Shown here: positions 28,809 through 37,764 of the stretch, in pieces
Layout of the letters: each line of letters starts with the position of its first letter
How positions within the stretch are numbered: position 1 is the first letter of the stretch
Assembly (NCBI GenBank): GCA_964543425.1
Contig: CAZIYL010000002.1
Span: 1 to 41,753 of the forward strand
Direction: 5' to 3'
From: an uncultured Deferribacteres bacterium
GTDB lineage: Bacteria; Zhuqueibacterota; JdFR-76; BMS3Abin05
Length of the DNA: 41,753 nucleotides
Program-made: the position numbers and the translations under genes
Notes under the pieces: model-generated
Seen by the model: only the letters and a program-made list of their open reading frames with translations
Databases searched by the model: none
What the model was told of the DNA's origin: nothing

Positions 28809-30236
28809 ATGAAACGTGCAAAGATTATTGCTACCCTTGGGCCTGCGAGTAATTCTCCGGAAATCATTGAAAAGCTAATTCAAAAGGGCGTTGACGTGGT
28901 TCGGCTCAATTTTTCACATGGAACTCACGCGGAACATGCCCGTTTGATCGAAATTGTTCGAAATCTTTCGAATAAGCTCAACCGTCCAATTGGAATCCTT
29001 CAGGATCTTCAAGGACCCAAAATTCGCGTAGGTGAAATCAAAAATGAGCACGTGCTTCTTGAAGATGGCCAGGAACTTGTTATTACCACGGAACCCCTGG
29101 TTGGCACAAAGGATATCATTTCAACAACCTACCAGCATTTGCCAAAGGATGTTGCTCCCGGAGACCGTATTCTCCTGGACGATGGCCTATTGGAACTTCG
29201 CGTCAAGAAAACGGCTGACGAAAAAGTATTCTGCGAAGTCGTTCATGGAGGCCCCCTCGGTTCACACAAAGGGATTAATCTGCCGGGCGTTAAACTCAGC
29301 ACACCGTCGCTAACCGAGAAAGACAAAGTCGACCTGAAATTTGGAATCGAACAAAACGTGGATTTTGTGGCCCTGTCCTTTGTGCGAAGCCCGCTGGACG
29401 TTGCTGAGCTTAAAAAGCTCATCGAAAATGAGGGCGCGGATATTCCGGTTGTGGCCAAACTGGAAAAACCGGAAGCCATTGAAAATCTGGACGACATTCT
29501 TTCCGTAACCGATGCTGCAATGGTGGCCCGCGGCGATCTGGGAGTAGAAATGAATCCGGAAAAAGTTCCGATCATTCAAAAGGAAATTGTCCGAAAATGT
29601 ATTGAAAAAAGCATTCCGGTCATTACCGCTACGCAGATGCTGGAATCGATGCGATTCCAGCCCCGGCCCACACGTGCCGAGGCTTCCGATGTCGCCAATG
29701 CCATTTTCGATGGCACAGACGCGGTCATGCTCTCTGCAGAAACGGCCGTCGGCGAATATCCGGTGGAATCCGTTCAAATGATGCGGAAAATTATTGAAGT
29801 AGCGGAGCAGCATTCACGGGAGGACGGACGCAAAGTTCGCTTGACAAACAGCCAGGGGCAAAAAACCTTTCCCGATTCCATTAGCGAAGCCGCTTGCGAC
29901 GCCGCTTTGGAGCTAAACGCGCAAGCCATTGTGGCCTTTACACAATCCGGTTTTACCGCACGGCTGATTTCAAAATACCGGCCTGCTACGCAAATTGTTG
30001 CATTTACGCTTTCGGAAAAAGTACGCCGCCGCCTGCTTCTCAATTGGGGAGTGATCACCCGAAAAATTCAGATGATCAATTCCCTCGATGAAATGATTCA
30101 ACGTGTGGAAAAGGCCCTTATTTCCGATGCCCTCGTGAAACGTGGGGATTCCATCGTTATCGTTTCCGGAGCGCCGTTGGGCGTAAAAGGTACCACCAAT
30201 ATGATGACCCTGCACCGGGTGGGGAGAAAGATTTGA
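28809..30236 (+). CDS. pyk: Pyruvate kinase
   Basis: ATG 28809 follows AAGGA. MKRAKIIATLGPAS, NFSHG, MVARGDLGVEM and ATQMLESM motifs. Confidence 0.92.
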   Translation: MKRAKIIATLGPASNSPEIIEKLIQKGVDVVRLNFSHGTHAEHARLIEIVRNLSNKLNRPIGILQDLQGPKIRVGEIKNEHVLLEDGQELVITTEPLVGTKDIISTTYQHLPKDVAPGDRILLDDGLLELRVKKTADEKVFCEVVHGGPLGSHKGINLPGVKLSTPSLTEKDKVDLKFGIEQNVDFVALSFVRSPLDVAELKKLIENEGADIPVVAKLEKPEAIENLDDILSVTDAAMVARGDLGVEMNPEKVPIIQKEIVRKCIEKSIPVITATQMLESMRFQPRPTRAEASDVANAIFDGTDAVMLSAETAVGEYPVESVQMMRKIIEVAEQHSREDGRKVRLTNSQGQKTFPDSISEAACDAALELNAQAIVAFTQSGFTARLISKYRPATQIVAFTLSEKVRRRLLLNWGVITRKIQMINSLDEMIQRVEKALISDALVKRGDSIVIVSGAPLGVKGTTNMMTLHRVGRKI

Positions 30237-30342
30237 AGATTGGGGAACGTGGAAGATTTAGGGGGCGGAAAATTGTGGGGTTTTAAATGCGCAAAACTAT
30301 CGAAAAATCAAAAAATTACTAATTGAATGGATTGATCAATCT

Positions 30343-30406
30343 GAAAATCTCTAAATCATGAAATCACCAAATCACTAAATCACTAAATCATGAAATCACC
30401 AAATCC
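30343..30406 (+). repeat. Tandem octamer array (NNAAATCA x 7-8) spanning the radC start codon
   Basis: Units are gaaaatct ctaaatca tgaaatca ccaaatca ctaaatca ctaaatca tgaaatca ccaaatcc. This amounts to a 32-nt unit present about 1.75 times, which duplicates the ATG and the first five codons. Confidence 0.85.
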
Positions 30407-31139
30407 TAAGCTGTACGAGAAATCGATTTCCAATTGGCCTGAGGAAGACCGGCCGAGAGAAAAACTCCTCAAGCGCGGGGCAGAACATTTAAGCGACGCG
30501 GAACTGCTGGCCATTTTGCTGCGCGTAGGGGTTTCGGGAATGAGCGCCGTGGACCTGTCCCGTCATATTTTGCAAGAAACCGGCGGACTGCGGGAACTGG
30601 CAAACTGGGCGCCGGAAGAACTCTACCGCATTCACGGATTGAGCGTCGCAAAAGTGGCACAATTAAAGGCGGCTATTGCCCTCGGCGAGCGGGTCATGTC
30701 CGAAAAAAAGCGCGACCTTGGGAAAATCTACTCACCTAAACAGGTGTACGAATTTGTCCGTCCTCAACTCCGGGACCTGAAGAAAGAGGTGTTTAAGGTT
30801 ATTTTTCTCAACGCCAGAAACCAGATTTTGGAAGTGCACACCGTGAGCCAGGGAACACTGGTTGAGAGTTTGGTGCCGTTTCGGGAGATTTTTTCGCTGG
30901 CAAACCGCTATGGAGCCACCAATGTTGTGTGCGTCCACAACCACCCTTCGGGTAGTCCCGAACCCAGTACAGACGACATCAAAACCACTCGTGCTCTGGT
31001 GATTGCCGGAGAAGCCCTTCAGATTCCTTTGCTGGATCACATTATCGTAGGCGAAAATCGCTATTACAGTTTTTCGGAAAGTGGAGAAATCGAAAATTTC
31101 CGGCGGCACGTTCGGGGACTTATTCGCGAGAATTTGTGA
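30390..31139 (+). CDS. radC: RadC-family JAB/MPN domain protein (UPF0758)
   Basis: N-terminal PEEDRPREKLL..GAEHLSDAELLAILLRVG (HhH region). JAMM motif HNHPSGSPEPSTDD. Confidence 0.9.
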   Translation: MKSPNPKLYEKSISNWPEEDRPREKLLKRGAEHLSDAELLAILLRVGVSGMSAVDLSRHILQETGGLRELANWAPEELYRIHGLSVAKVAQLKAAIALGERVMSEKKRDLGKIYSPKQVYEFVRPQLRDLKKEVFKVIFLNARNQILEVHTVSQGTLVESLVPFREIFSLANRYGATNVVCVHNHPSGSPEPSTDDIKTTRALVIAGEALQIPLLDHIIVGENRYYSFSESGEIENFRRHVRGLIRENL

Positions 31140-31202
31140 ATTTGTGATTTCAATCCATTTGTTACGTTTCCTTTGAAATGACAGAAGTCTATCCCTCCAA
31201 AA

Positions 31203-33147
31203 ATGAGGAATTCCAAAATGAAAAACTTATTCATTCGGTTGAATGTACTTCTTTTAGTGTCAGCTTTTGCAGCTGAAATGGCCCTTGCCGGGGAAAAATT
31301 ACCCGTTAAAGTCCCAAATATGCCGCCGAAAAAGGAGGAGGGTAATTTTTTTCTTCACCAGGATCAGGTCTGGAACGTGCTGCCAAAAGGCAACAAAAGC
31401 GGCTTATTCCTGGATTTAAAAGACGCCACCCTCACCGGCCGTCTGTCCTATGGCGTGTACCAGAAGGACGCCGCTCTTACATTTCCCCGTTACCGGAGAG
31501 CTTCCCGCATTGAAAAGGGCAGGGGATTTTTAAAAATCAGTGCCTTTTTCAGACCCACATACGATGACAACGGCTGGGCCAAAACCAAAGAGGGCTGCAT
31601 GCCCTATCGAATTGAGGTGTGGGATCCATCCCTTCGGGCCATGCGGACCTACGATGCCCGCGTTCATTTTGTAAAAAAGGACGGCATTTTTTACCGAAGC
31701 CTTACTATTACGGAGGGACCGTTTGTAAACCTCGTCCGTTCCGACGCCCCCGATCGCGTGGTCATTTCGTGGACAACAAACGAACCCAGCCAGGGCACCG
31801 TTTGGCTTGGCAAAAAAAAAGTTACGGATTCGAAAACGGTTCGTCACCACGAAGTGCCGGTAACCGGTCTTACGCCGTGCGTAGATTATTCGTACCAGCT
31901 TACTTCCAAAGGTAAATCGGGTTCGGTTGCCTCGCGGGAATTTACTTTCCAAACCGCTCCGCCAAAAGGTGCCAGCCATTTTAAATTTGCTTTCATGTCC
32001 GACAGCCGCTCGGGATTTGGCGGCGGCGAGCTGAATATCAACACGGTGAATTACAAAACAGTCGAAAATTTTGCAACGGCCGCTTACCGCAAAGGAGCCC
32101 GTTTCATTTTAATGGTAGGCGATTTAATCGATGGCTACACAACGTCCGTAGAAGATTACCAAATGGAGTTCCAGAGCTGGAAAAATGCCATCGAGCCATT
32201 TGGCCACTACCGCCCTGTGTACGTTGTAAAGGGCAATCACGAAACGCTTCTGAATGTGTTTGACGACGGCTCCCACTACGGTTCCGGTTTTGATAAATGG
32301 CCTTACAGCACCCAAAGCGCCGAAGCCCTTTTTGCTCAGGAATTTGTCAATCCCCTGAACGGTCCGGTTTCGGAGGATGGCGCTTCCTACGATCCCAATC
32401 CTAAAAAAGCAGATTTTCCAACCTACAAGGAAAATGTGTACTCCTTTCAGTACGGCAATATCCTAATCATCAGTTACGATGCCAATTACTGGTTTTCCAA
32501 TCATTTCATGAAATATGGCGGGAATTTCGACGGCTACATTCTGGAGCAACAATTCAATTGGCTGAAAAAGGAACTGGATCGGGCAGAAAAAGACCTCACC
32601 ATCGATTGGGTCATTCTGGCGGGCGCACACGCCTGCCTTTCCAAACGGCGGCCACCTGAACTCCGGAATGTGGTACCACGGCAACAACGCCTTGCGGCCG
32701 GGAGTGTTTGACTACAAACATGGAAAACTCAATCAGTTAGGTGAAGGCATTGTGGAACGGCGCAACACGCTTTGGGCCATGTTCAGCCGGCACAAAAAGG
32801 TTCTCGCTGTTCTGGACGGGGATGAGCACAATTACTCGCGCGCACTCATTACGGCCCAAACACCCGTCGGCATTCCCGAAATAGACGACACCAACGGCGA
32901 TGGCAAACTGGACAAGTTTTCGCCAAACCACAATTTCAAATACCCGATCTGGCAGCTGATTTCGGGTGGAATGGGTGCTCCCTATTACCTGCAAGGACAT
33001 CCGCCCTGGGAAGGAGCGGTGAAAAAATTCACCGCCCTACAAAATTTCGTGCTTTTTTCTGTAGAAGGGAAAAAGGTTTTTATTGAGGTCTATTCCAATA
33101 CTGGAAAGCTCATTGAACAGGTGGAGTTAACAAAAATTCGTAGGTAG
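31203..33147 (+). pseudogene. Secreted purple-acid-phosphatase-like metallophosphoesterase, interrupted by a +1 frameshift near 32625
   Basis: ORF 31203-32711 carries a signal peptide, an Fn3/PAP-N-like segment, and the MSDSR, GDLIDG and GNHE motifs. ORF 32668-33147 carries GDEHNY. Frame 2 is open from 32566. Skipping one base at about 32625 gives the continuous reading WVILAGHTPAFPNGGHLNSGMWYHGNN. An alternative start is ATG 31218. Confidence 0.72.
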
Positions 33148-33155
33148 TAGAAATT

Positions 33156-35333
33156 TCAAAAAACAGCCGATTCAACCGTTTCTTCTTTCTGAAATCGTTC
33201 GGCTTCCGAGGCCTTGACGTAGAATTTCTCAAAATACTCCGCCACCATCCGATCGGTGCTGAAAAAGGAAATGAGACTCCGGTACGATTCAAAAGCTTTG
33301 ACAATCCACTCTTCCGGGATGCCCTGCTCATTCCGGTCGTAATAAAGCGGAACAATTTCCCTTTCCAGCGTTTCGTAAAGCGATTGAATATCCATTTCAT
33401 CCTGCCGATTCGGGTCGTTTGGCGGATCATTTGGGCCGATTTCCCAGCCGTTCCTGCCGTTGTAGCCTTCTACCCACCAGCCGTCCAATACGCTGAAATT
33501 AATGCCGCCGTTCAGAATGGATTTCATTCCACTGGTGCCGCTGGCCTCCAGAGGCTTTCGGGGATTGTTTAGCCAGATATCGCTTCCTGCTACGAGAAGT
33601 TTTGCCAGTGCCAAATCGTAATTTTCCACCAGCACAATCTTGCCGCGGAAGGCTTCCTCCCGCATGTGATGAAAGATTTCCCTGAGAACCGCCTGACCCG
33701 GTTGATCGGCCGGGTGGGCTTTCCCTGCAAAAATAATTTGCACGGGTCTGTCCGCATAATTAATAATTGATTTCAGACGTTCGATGTCCCTGAAAATGAG
33801 ATTCGCGCGTTTGTACGTGGCAAATCGCCGTGCAAAACCGATCGTTAAAGCATTGGGATTCAAATAAGAATCCACCTCTTCAGCCGGCAGTCCTTCCCGT
33901 TCAAATTGACTTTTAAGCCGCTTTCGAATCTCCCGAATGAGATTAAACTTCCAGAGCGTGTGAATCTTCCAGAAGTCTGCTTTCGGAAGTTCAACTGACC
34001 GTTGCCAGTATTCGGCATCTGTCAAAAAGTCTTTCCAATCCTCTCCAAACGTGCGAGCCGTAAGTTTCTGCACATCGGAAACCATCCAGGAAGGCGTGTG
34101 TACCCCGTTCGTAATCGCGCCAATTGGCACTTCTTCCTCCGGTAAATTCGGCCACAAATCGTGCCAGATATGCTGCGAAACCTTCCCGTGGAGCTGGCTG
34201 ACACCGTTCCGATAATTGGAAAGCTTAATGGCCAGAACAGTCATGCTGAAACGGTCGCCTGTTCGGTAGCCATCTTTTCCCAATTCAAAAACCTTGTCCC
34301 TCGGAAGTCCCAGGTGATTCCAGTAGCGCTGGAAATAATGATCAACCATTCCATAGTGAAATTCATCATGGCCAGCCGGAACGGGTGTGTGGGTGGTAAA
34401 AATTGCGTTGGCACGTACGGCTTCCACCGCCTCCTCAAACGAAAGATCCCAGTTGGCCATGAAATCACGGATGCGTTCCAACCCCATAAAGGCGGAATGT
34501 CCCTCGTTCATGTGCCAGACGGATGGCTGAATTCCCAGCGCTTTCAAAGCCCGGGCGCCGCCGATTCCGAGAAGCATTTCCTGCCGAATGCGGGTGTCGT
34601 GATCCGCATGATAAAGCTGCCCATTAATGGCCCGATCTTCCGGATGATTTTCCGGAATGTTGACGTCCAAAAGAATCACATTGATTCGACCGACAGCCAG
34701 CTTCCAGACTTTCGCCTGAACCTCGCGGTCACCAATACTTAATTGGACTCGTAAGTCGTTACCTTCCGCATCTACAACTTCCTGAACGGCCAGATTTTTG
34801 GGGTCGTACGTAGTATAAACGGCCCTTTGATTGCCATCCCGATCAATTTGCTGGGTAAAAAATCCCTGCTGGTACAAAAGTCCGACGGCCACAAATGGCA
34901 GCCCCAGGTCGCTGGCAGATTTGCAGTGATCACCAGAAAGAACCCCCAACCCTCCGGAGTACATCGGAAACGACTCGTGGATGCCGTACTCCGCCGAAAA
35001 ATAGGCGATGGGATTCATATTCGGATTAGCGGCATGTTTCCTAAACCAGGTGGTTTCGCCGGTCATATAAGCATCAAAGGATTGAATAGCGGCATGATAT
35101 TTTTTCAGGAAATTTTCCTGTTCGGCCAACTCTTGTAATTCTTCAAATGGGGTGTTCTTTAGAACCTGCAAGGGACAATGCAAATTGGATTCCCAAACAT
35201 CAGGATTAATGTCCCGAAAGAGTTTTTGGACATCCGGCTGCCAGCCCGTCCAAAAATTGTAGGCTAAATCCGTAAGACGATGAATCGCCTCGGGTAATTT
35301 CAATTCTGCTGAAGGTTTCGAATGAATTGTCAT
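33156..35333 (-). CDS. glgP: Alpha-glucan (glycogen/maltodextrin) phosphorylase, GT35
   Basis: 725 aa with the PLP-lysine motif EASGTSGMK. The family call rests on that motif and overall resemblance to GT35 alpha-glucan phosphorylases. Confidence 0.92.
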   Translation of the reverse strand: MTIHSKPSAELKLPEAIHRLTDLAYNFWTGWQPDVQKLFRDINPDVWESNLHCPLQVLKNTPFEELQELAEQENFLKKYHAAIQSFDAYMTGETTWFRKHAANPNMNPIAYFSAEYGIHESFPMYSGGLGVLSGDHCKSASDLGLPFVAVGLLYQQGFFTQQIDRDGNQRAVYTTYDPKNLAVQEVVDAEGNDLRVQLSIGDREVQAKVWKLAVGRINVILLDVNIPENHPEDRAINGQLYHADHDTRIRQEMLLGIGGARALKALGIQPSVWHMNEGHSAFMGLERIRDFMANWDLSFEEAVEAVRANAIFTTHTPVPAGHDEFHYGMVDHYFQRYWNHLGLPRDKVFELGKDGYRTGDRFSMTVLAIKLSNYRNGVSQLHGKVSQHIWHDLWPNLPEEEVPIGAITNGVHTPSWMVSDVQKLTARTFGEDWKDFLTDAEYWQRSVELPKADFWKIHTLWKFNLIREIRKRLKSQFEREGLPAEEVDSYLNPNALTIGFARRFATYKRANLIFRDIERLKSIINYADRPVQIIFAGKAHPADQPGQAVLREIFHHMREEAFRGKIVLVENYDLALAKLLVAGSDIWLNNPRKPLEASGTSGMKSILNGGINFSVLDGWWVEGYNGRNGWEIGPNDPPNDPNRQDEMDIQSLYETLEREIVPLYYDRNEQGIPEEWIVKAFESYRSLISFFSTDRMVAEYFEKFYVKASEAERFQKEETVESAVF

Positions 35334-35774
35334 ACGCGCTCCGGTTTAGTTTAACCAATCATTTCAAATAGAATCTCAGATAAATTAATTGCAAAAATCG
35401 TGCTCTTTTTAATTCCTTCAATCCATAATTTTCGATGGAAGAATTATTTTCCCCTATCCCCACAAAAATAATTTTTACCGCGGAAGGTGCTTTAAATAAT
35501 TGTTCATGTAACGTCTTATTAAACAATAATATAAAAACGACTTATTTTGAGAATCACACGAATAAAACTAATGTAAAAAATAAATTCGTAAATCGCAAGA
35601 AAAGACACTCTTTTTGGGGTGACTATTAGGCCATTTGATTCTGAACCCTTTTCACAGTGGTGTATTATTTACACCATCTTTGTTTCATCCTGATTCGCTT
35701 AGGTTGGGAATGACACACACGCTTTATTATCGGTAATCACGCTTAAAATATTTAGAAACCCGTTTCCAGCGATT

Positions 35775-35802
35775 AAAAAAAGCCCCATTCGAAAATGGGG
35801 CT
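35775..35802 (-). terminator. Intrinsic terminator for a leftward transcript inside the non-coding gap
   Basis: A 9-bp stem, agccccatt (35781-35789) pairing with aatggggct (35794-35802), with a 4-nt loop. On the - strand it is followed by TTTTTTT (the + strand A-run at 35775-35780). Confidence 0.65.
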
Positions 35803-35991
35803 ATTCGAAAAAATAGGAAAATTTGATGATTGCGCCTTCAATCCGCCAGAAGCAGATTTGACGCGACCTAATCTGTATTCCCGTTTTCTACGCCTTATTA
35901 CAGGTCTTAGGAAGAAAGGTTCTAAGATTCTTCGTCGGTCGTGGTCACTGAGTACAGTCGAAGCCACCGATAAAATATAGCAATACGTTGT

Positions 35992-36020
35992 GTAGGGGCA
36001 ATTCATGAATTGCCCCCTAC
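35992..36020. other. Very stable hairpin / 22-nt perfect palindrome
   Basis: ggggcaattcatgaattgcccc (35995-36016) is a perfect palindrome. It is extended by 3 more pairs with one bulge. Confidence 0.7.
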
Positions 36021-36303
36021 CGATTGGTCATTAAACGGCGAGATTCTTCATTTGCTACGCTTATTCAGAATGATGCTCCGATTATTAGAGAGCCAGGCTG
36101 TCGGTTAATCTTTCCCTATTTAATATCCTGGATTTACAGTAGCCATCAAGGCTCAAATAAACGCATGATAAAAAATACACCTAAAAAGTAAAGAAGGTAT
36201 TACCAAGAAGGCAAAAGCTCCAAAAGGTACCGAAAAGAGAGTAACGAGCGATTTACAAGTGCGTGAGCCCAAAAGTAAGCTGCAAAATTTGATGTTTTGC
36301 AAA

Positions 36304-36388
36304 CAGGAGAGGGTTTTGTCCTGACTTTTTTCTTAATAGACTTTCTAAAGGATCCGCCAGTTGGCGGAGAGTGAAGAATCTCCTTTTT
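36304..36388 (+). terminator. Two tandem rightward terminator-like hairpins
   Basis: cagga..tcctg (36304-36323) followed by T6 at 36326-36331. ccgcc-agtt-ggcgg (36354-36367) and ggaga..tctcc (36366-36383) followed by T5. Confidence 0.4.
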
Positions 36389-36463
36389 ACCCTGCGAAAC
36401 AGTCAAAGAATCCTGAAGAATCACATATCGACACTGTTTTGTGGATAGAGGTGTCGTTAACCC

Positions 36464-37759
36464 CTAATAGCTCAACTTCACCTGCGCGAAAATCTTATCT
36501 TCTTTGTTCATCCTGCCGAAAGGAGAATTGGCCGGGCCGGTAAAGAAAAGACTACCCAGCGTGAAACGAATGGCGTCAGCCGGTTCGTAGCTGAGAAATC
36601 CAAGGACAAATGAATCTTTATTCCTTAAATTGATGACGCTAATTATTTGAGACGTCATGTAGTCGAAGGGATTCCATTTCAAGACGCCTGAAACCGAAGA
36701 CGTGACCCGTTCGGGTACACCGGTTTGCATGGGGTTTTGCCGCGCCGCTTCCTTTTCCAGATCGGCATTGTATTTTTCCTGAATATCCTGTACCCACTGA
36801 AGCGTCAGAGAAAGCCGGTCGCTCACGGTCCAGTCGTTGCCCAGAACGTACTTAAAATGAGGGTTGGCAATTTCGGGATTTGTGCCATCGGGGTCGGCCG
36901 TTCGAAAATAGGCCCCTTCGCCTTTGATCCCCCAGCGTCCGAAGGTCTTCTGAAAATCCCCGCCAAATACCCGAAGAGGTTTGTACTCAGGCGTGAAGAT
37001 CAGGCTTCCGGTGAGAGAACCAGAATTGGGAACCTTTTTCGAAATCATGCTAAACCGGTGATCAAATCCCGAATAAAAACTCAGGGAGTAATCAATGCCC
37101 CACACGCTGTGCATCAGGCGGAAAGCGGCCTGTGAGTGCCGGAGGGTAGGCCCTGGGTAAATCGGAGGCGCTGCCACAATGTTTGGAATGTGCCGTTCGG
37201 GATTTCCTTCTTGCAAGGTGTCCGTTGGCATGGGCAGGCCATCGGGCAAAAAGACCGGAATCCAGTCGGCTTCAAGCGTGACGGGGCCGAAATACCAATC
37301 CGTTTTAAGTGCCGTGACCGGCAGCCGATAATCCTCAATTTCGGAGGAAATATTCTGGTAGTCCCAGGGGTTAATATTGTCCGTGGGATTTATCCAGTCC
37401 GTTTTTCCCCAGAAGATGAACTGCTTGCCGAGACGCACATCGACCATGGGAAAATAAAGACTCACGTAGGCTTCCACCGGGTAGATTTCCAATTCACTGC
37501 CGCGGCTGTTGAATCCTTTGCTAAAAAAACGCAGATCGTTGGCGTCGAAATCAAACGATGAAAACAGATCACCCTTGTCGCCAAAAGTTTTCGAGATATT
37601 GAATTGCAGTCGAACACCGGTTTTTGAAATCGTCTGGGGAGAAACCGTGTTATTGTGGTGGTAAAATTTCAAATACCCGCCAAAGCTGGTTTGTCCCCGG
37701 GCCGGAAGCGCACTTATAATTGCCAAAAAACAAATCACACCTGCAAAATATTTTTTCAT
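36464..37759 (-). CDS. Predicted outer-membrane beta-barrel protein (DUF1302-like role)
   Basis: ATG 37759 gives a signal peptide (MKKYFAGVICFLAIISALPARG-Q). Alternating beta-strand pattern. C-terminal ...FAQVKLSY with a terminal aromatic residue, typical of OMPs. Last gene of the RND operon. Confidence 0.68.
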   Translation of the reverse strand: MKKYFAGVICFLAIISALPARGQTSFGGYLKFYHHNNTVSPQTISKTGVRLQFNISKTFGDKGDLFSSFDFDANDLRFFSKGFNSRGSELEIYPVEAYVSLYFPMVDVRLGKQFIFWGKTDWINPTDNINPWDYQNISSEIEDYRLPVTALKTDWYFGPVTLEADWIPVFLPDGLPMPTDTLQEGNPERHIPNIVAAPPIYPGPTLRHSQAAFRLMHSVWGIDYSLSFYSGFDHRFSMISKKVPNSGSLTGSLIFTPEYKPLRVFGGDFQKTFGRWGIKGEGAYFRTADPDGTNPEIANPHFKYVLGNDWTVSDRLSLTLQWVQDIQEKYNADLEKEAARQNPMQTGVPERVTSSVSGVLKWNPFDYMTSQIISVINLRNKDSFVLGFLSYEPADAIRFTLGSLFFTGPANSPFGRMNKEDKIFAQVKLSY

Positions 37760-37764
37760 CAAAG

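Noticed and set aside
30358-30392. Phase variation of radC by octamer slippage
   Set aside because: Removing or adding one 8-nt unit leaves the TAA stop of the upstream mini-ORF in place and does not fuse the upstream ATG to radC. A simple ON/OFF translational switch is therefore not supported.
35435-36424. Type I toxin-antitoxin or other small-peptide genes in the gap (ORFs 35435-35629, 35795-35980, 35773-36006, 36200-36424 and all shorter ATG frames)
   Set aside because: None has an RBS or a hydrophobic toxin-like peptide. Most ATG frames stop after 8-12 codons. The longer frames are basic or low-complexity, or run through hairpins.
35775-36463. Known housekeeping RNAs (tmRNA, RNase P RNA, SRP/4.5S, 6S, tRNA) in the non-coding gap
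   Set aside because: I read both strands. There is no GGAAAGTCCGGGC-type RNase P core, no tRNA-like acceptor/T-arm with CCA end, no ANDENYALAA-type tag frame, no SRP GGAA tetraloop helix and no tRNA cloverleaf. The ggtggcttcgac similarity to a tmRNA 5-prime end is isolated.
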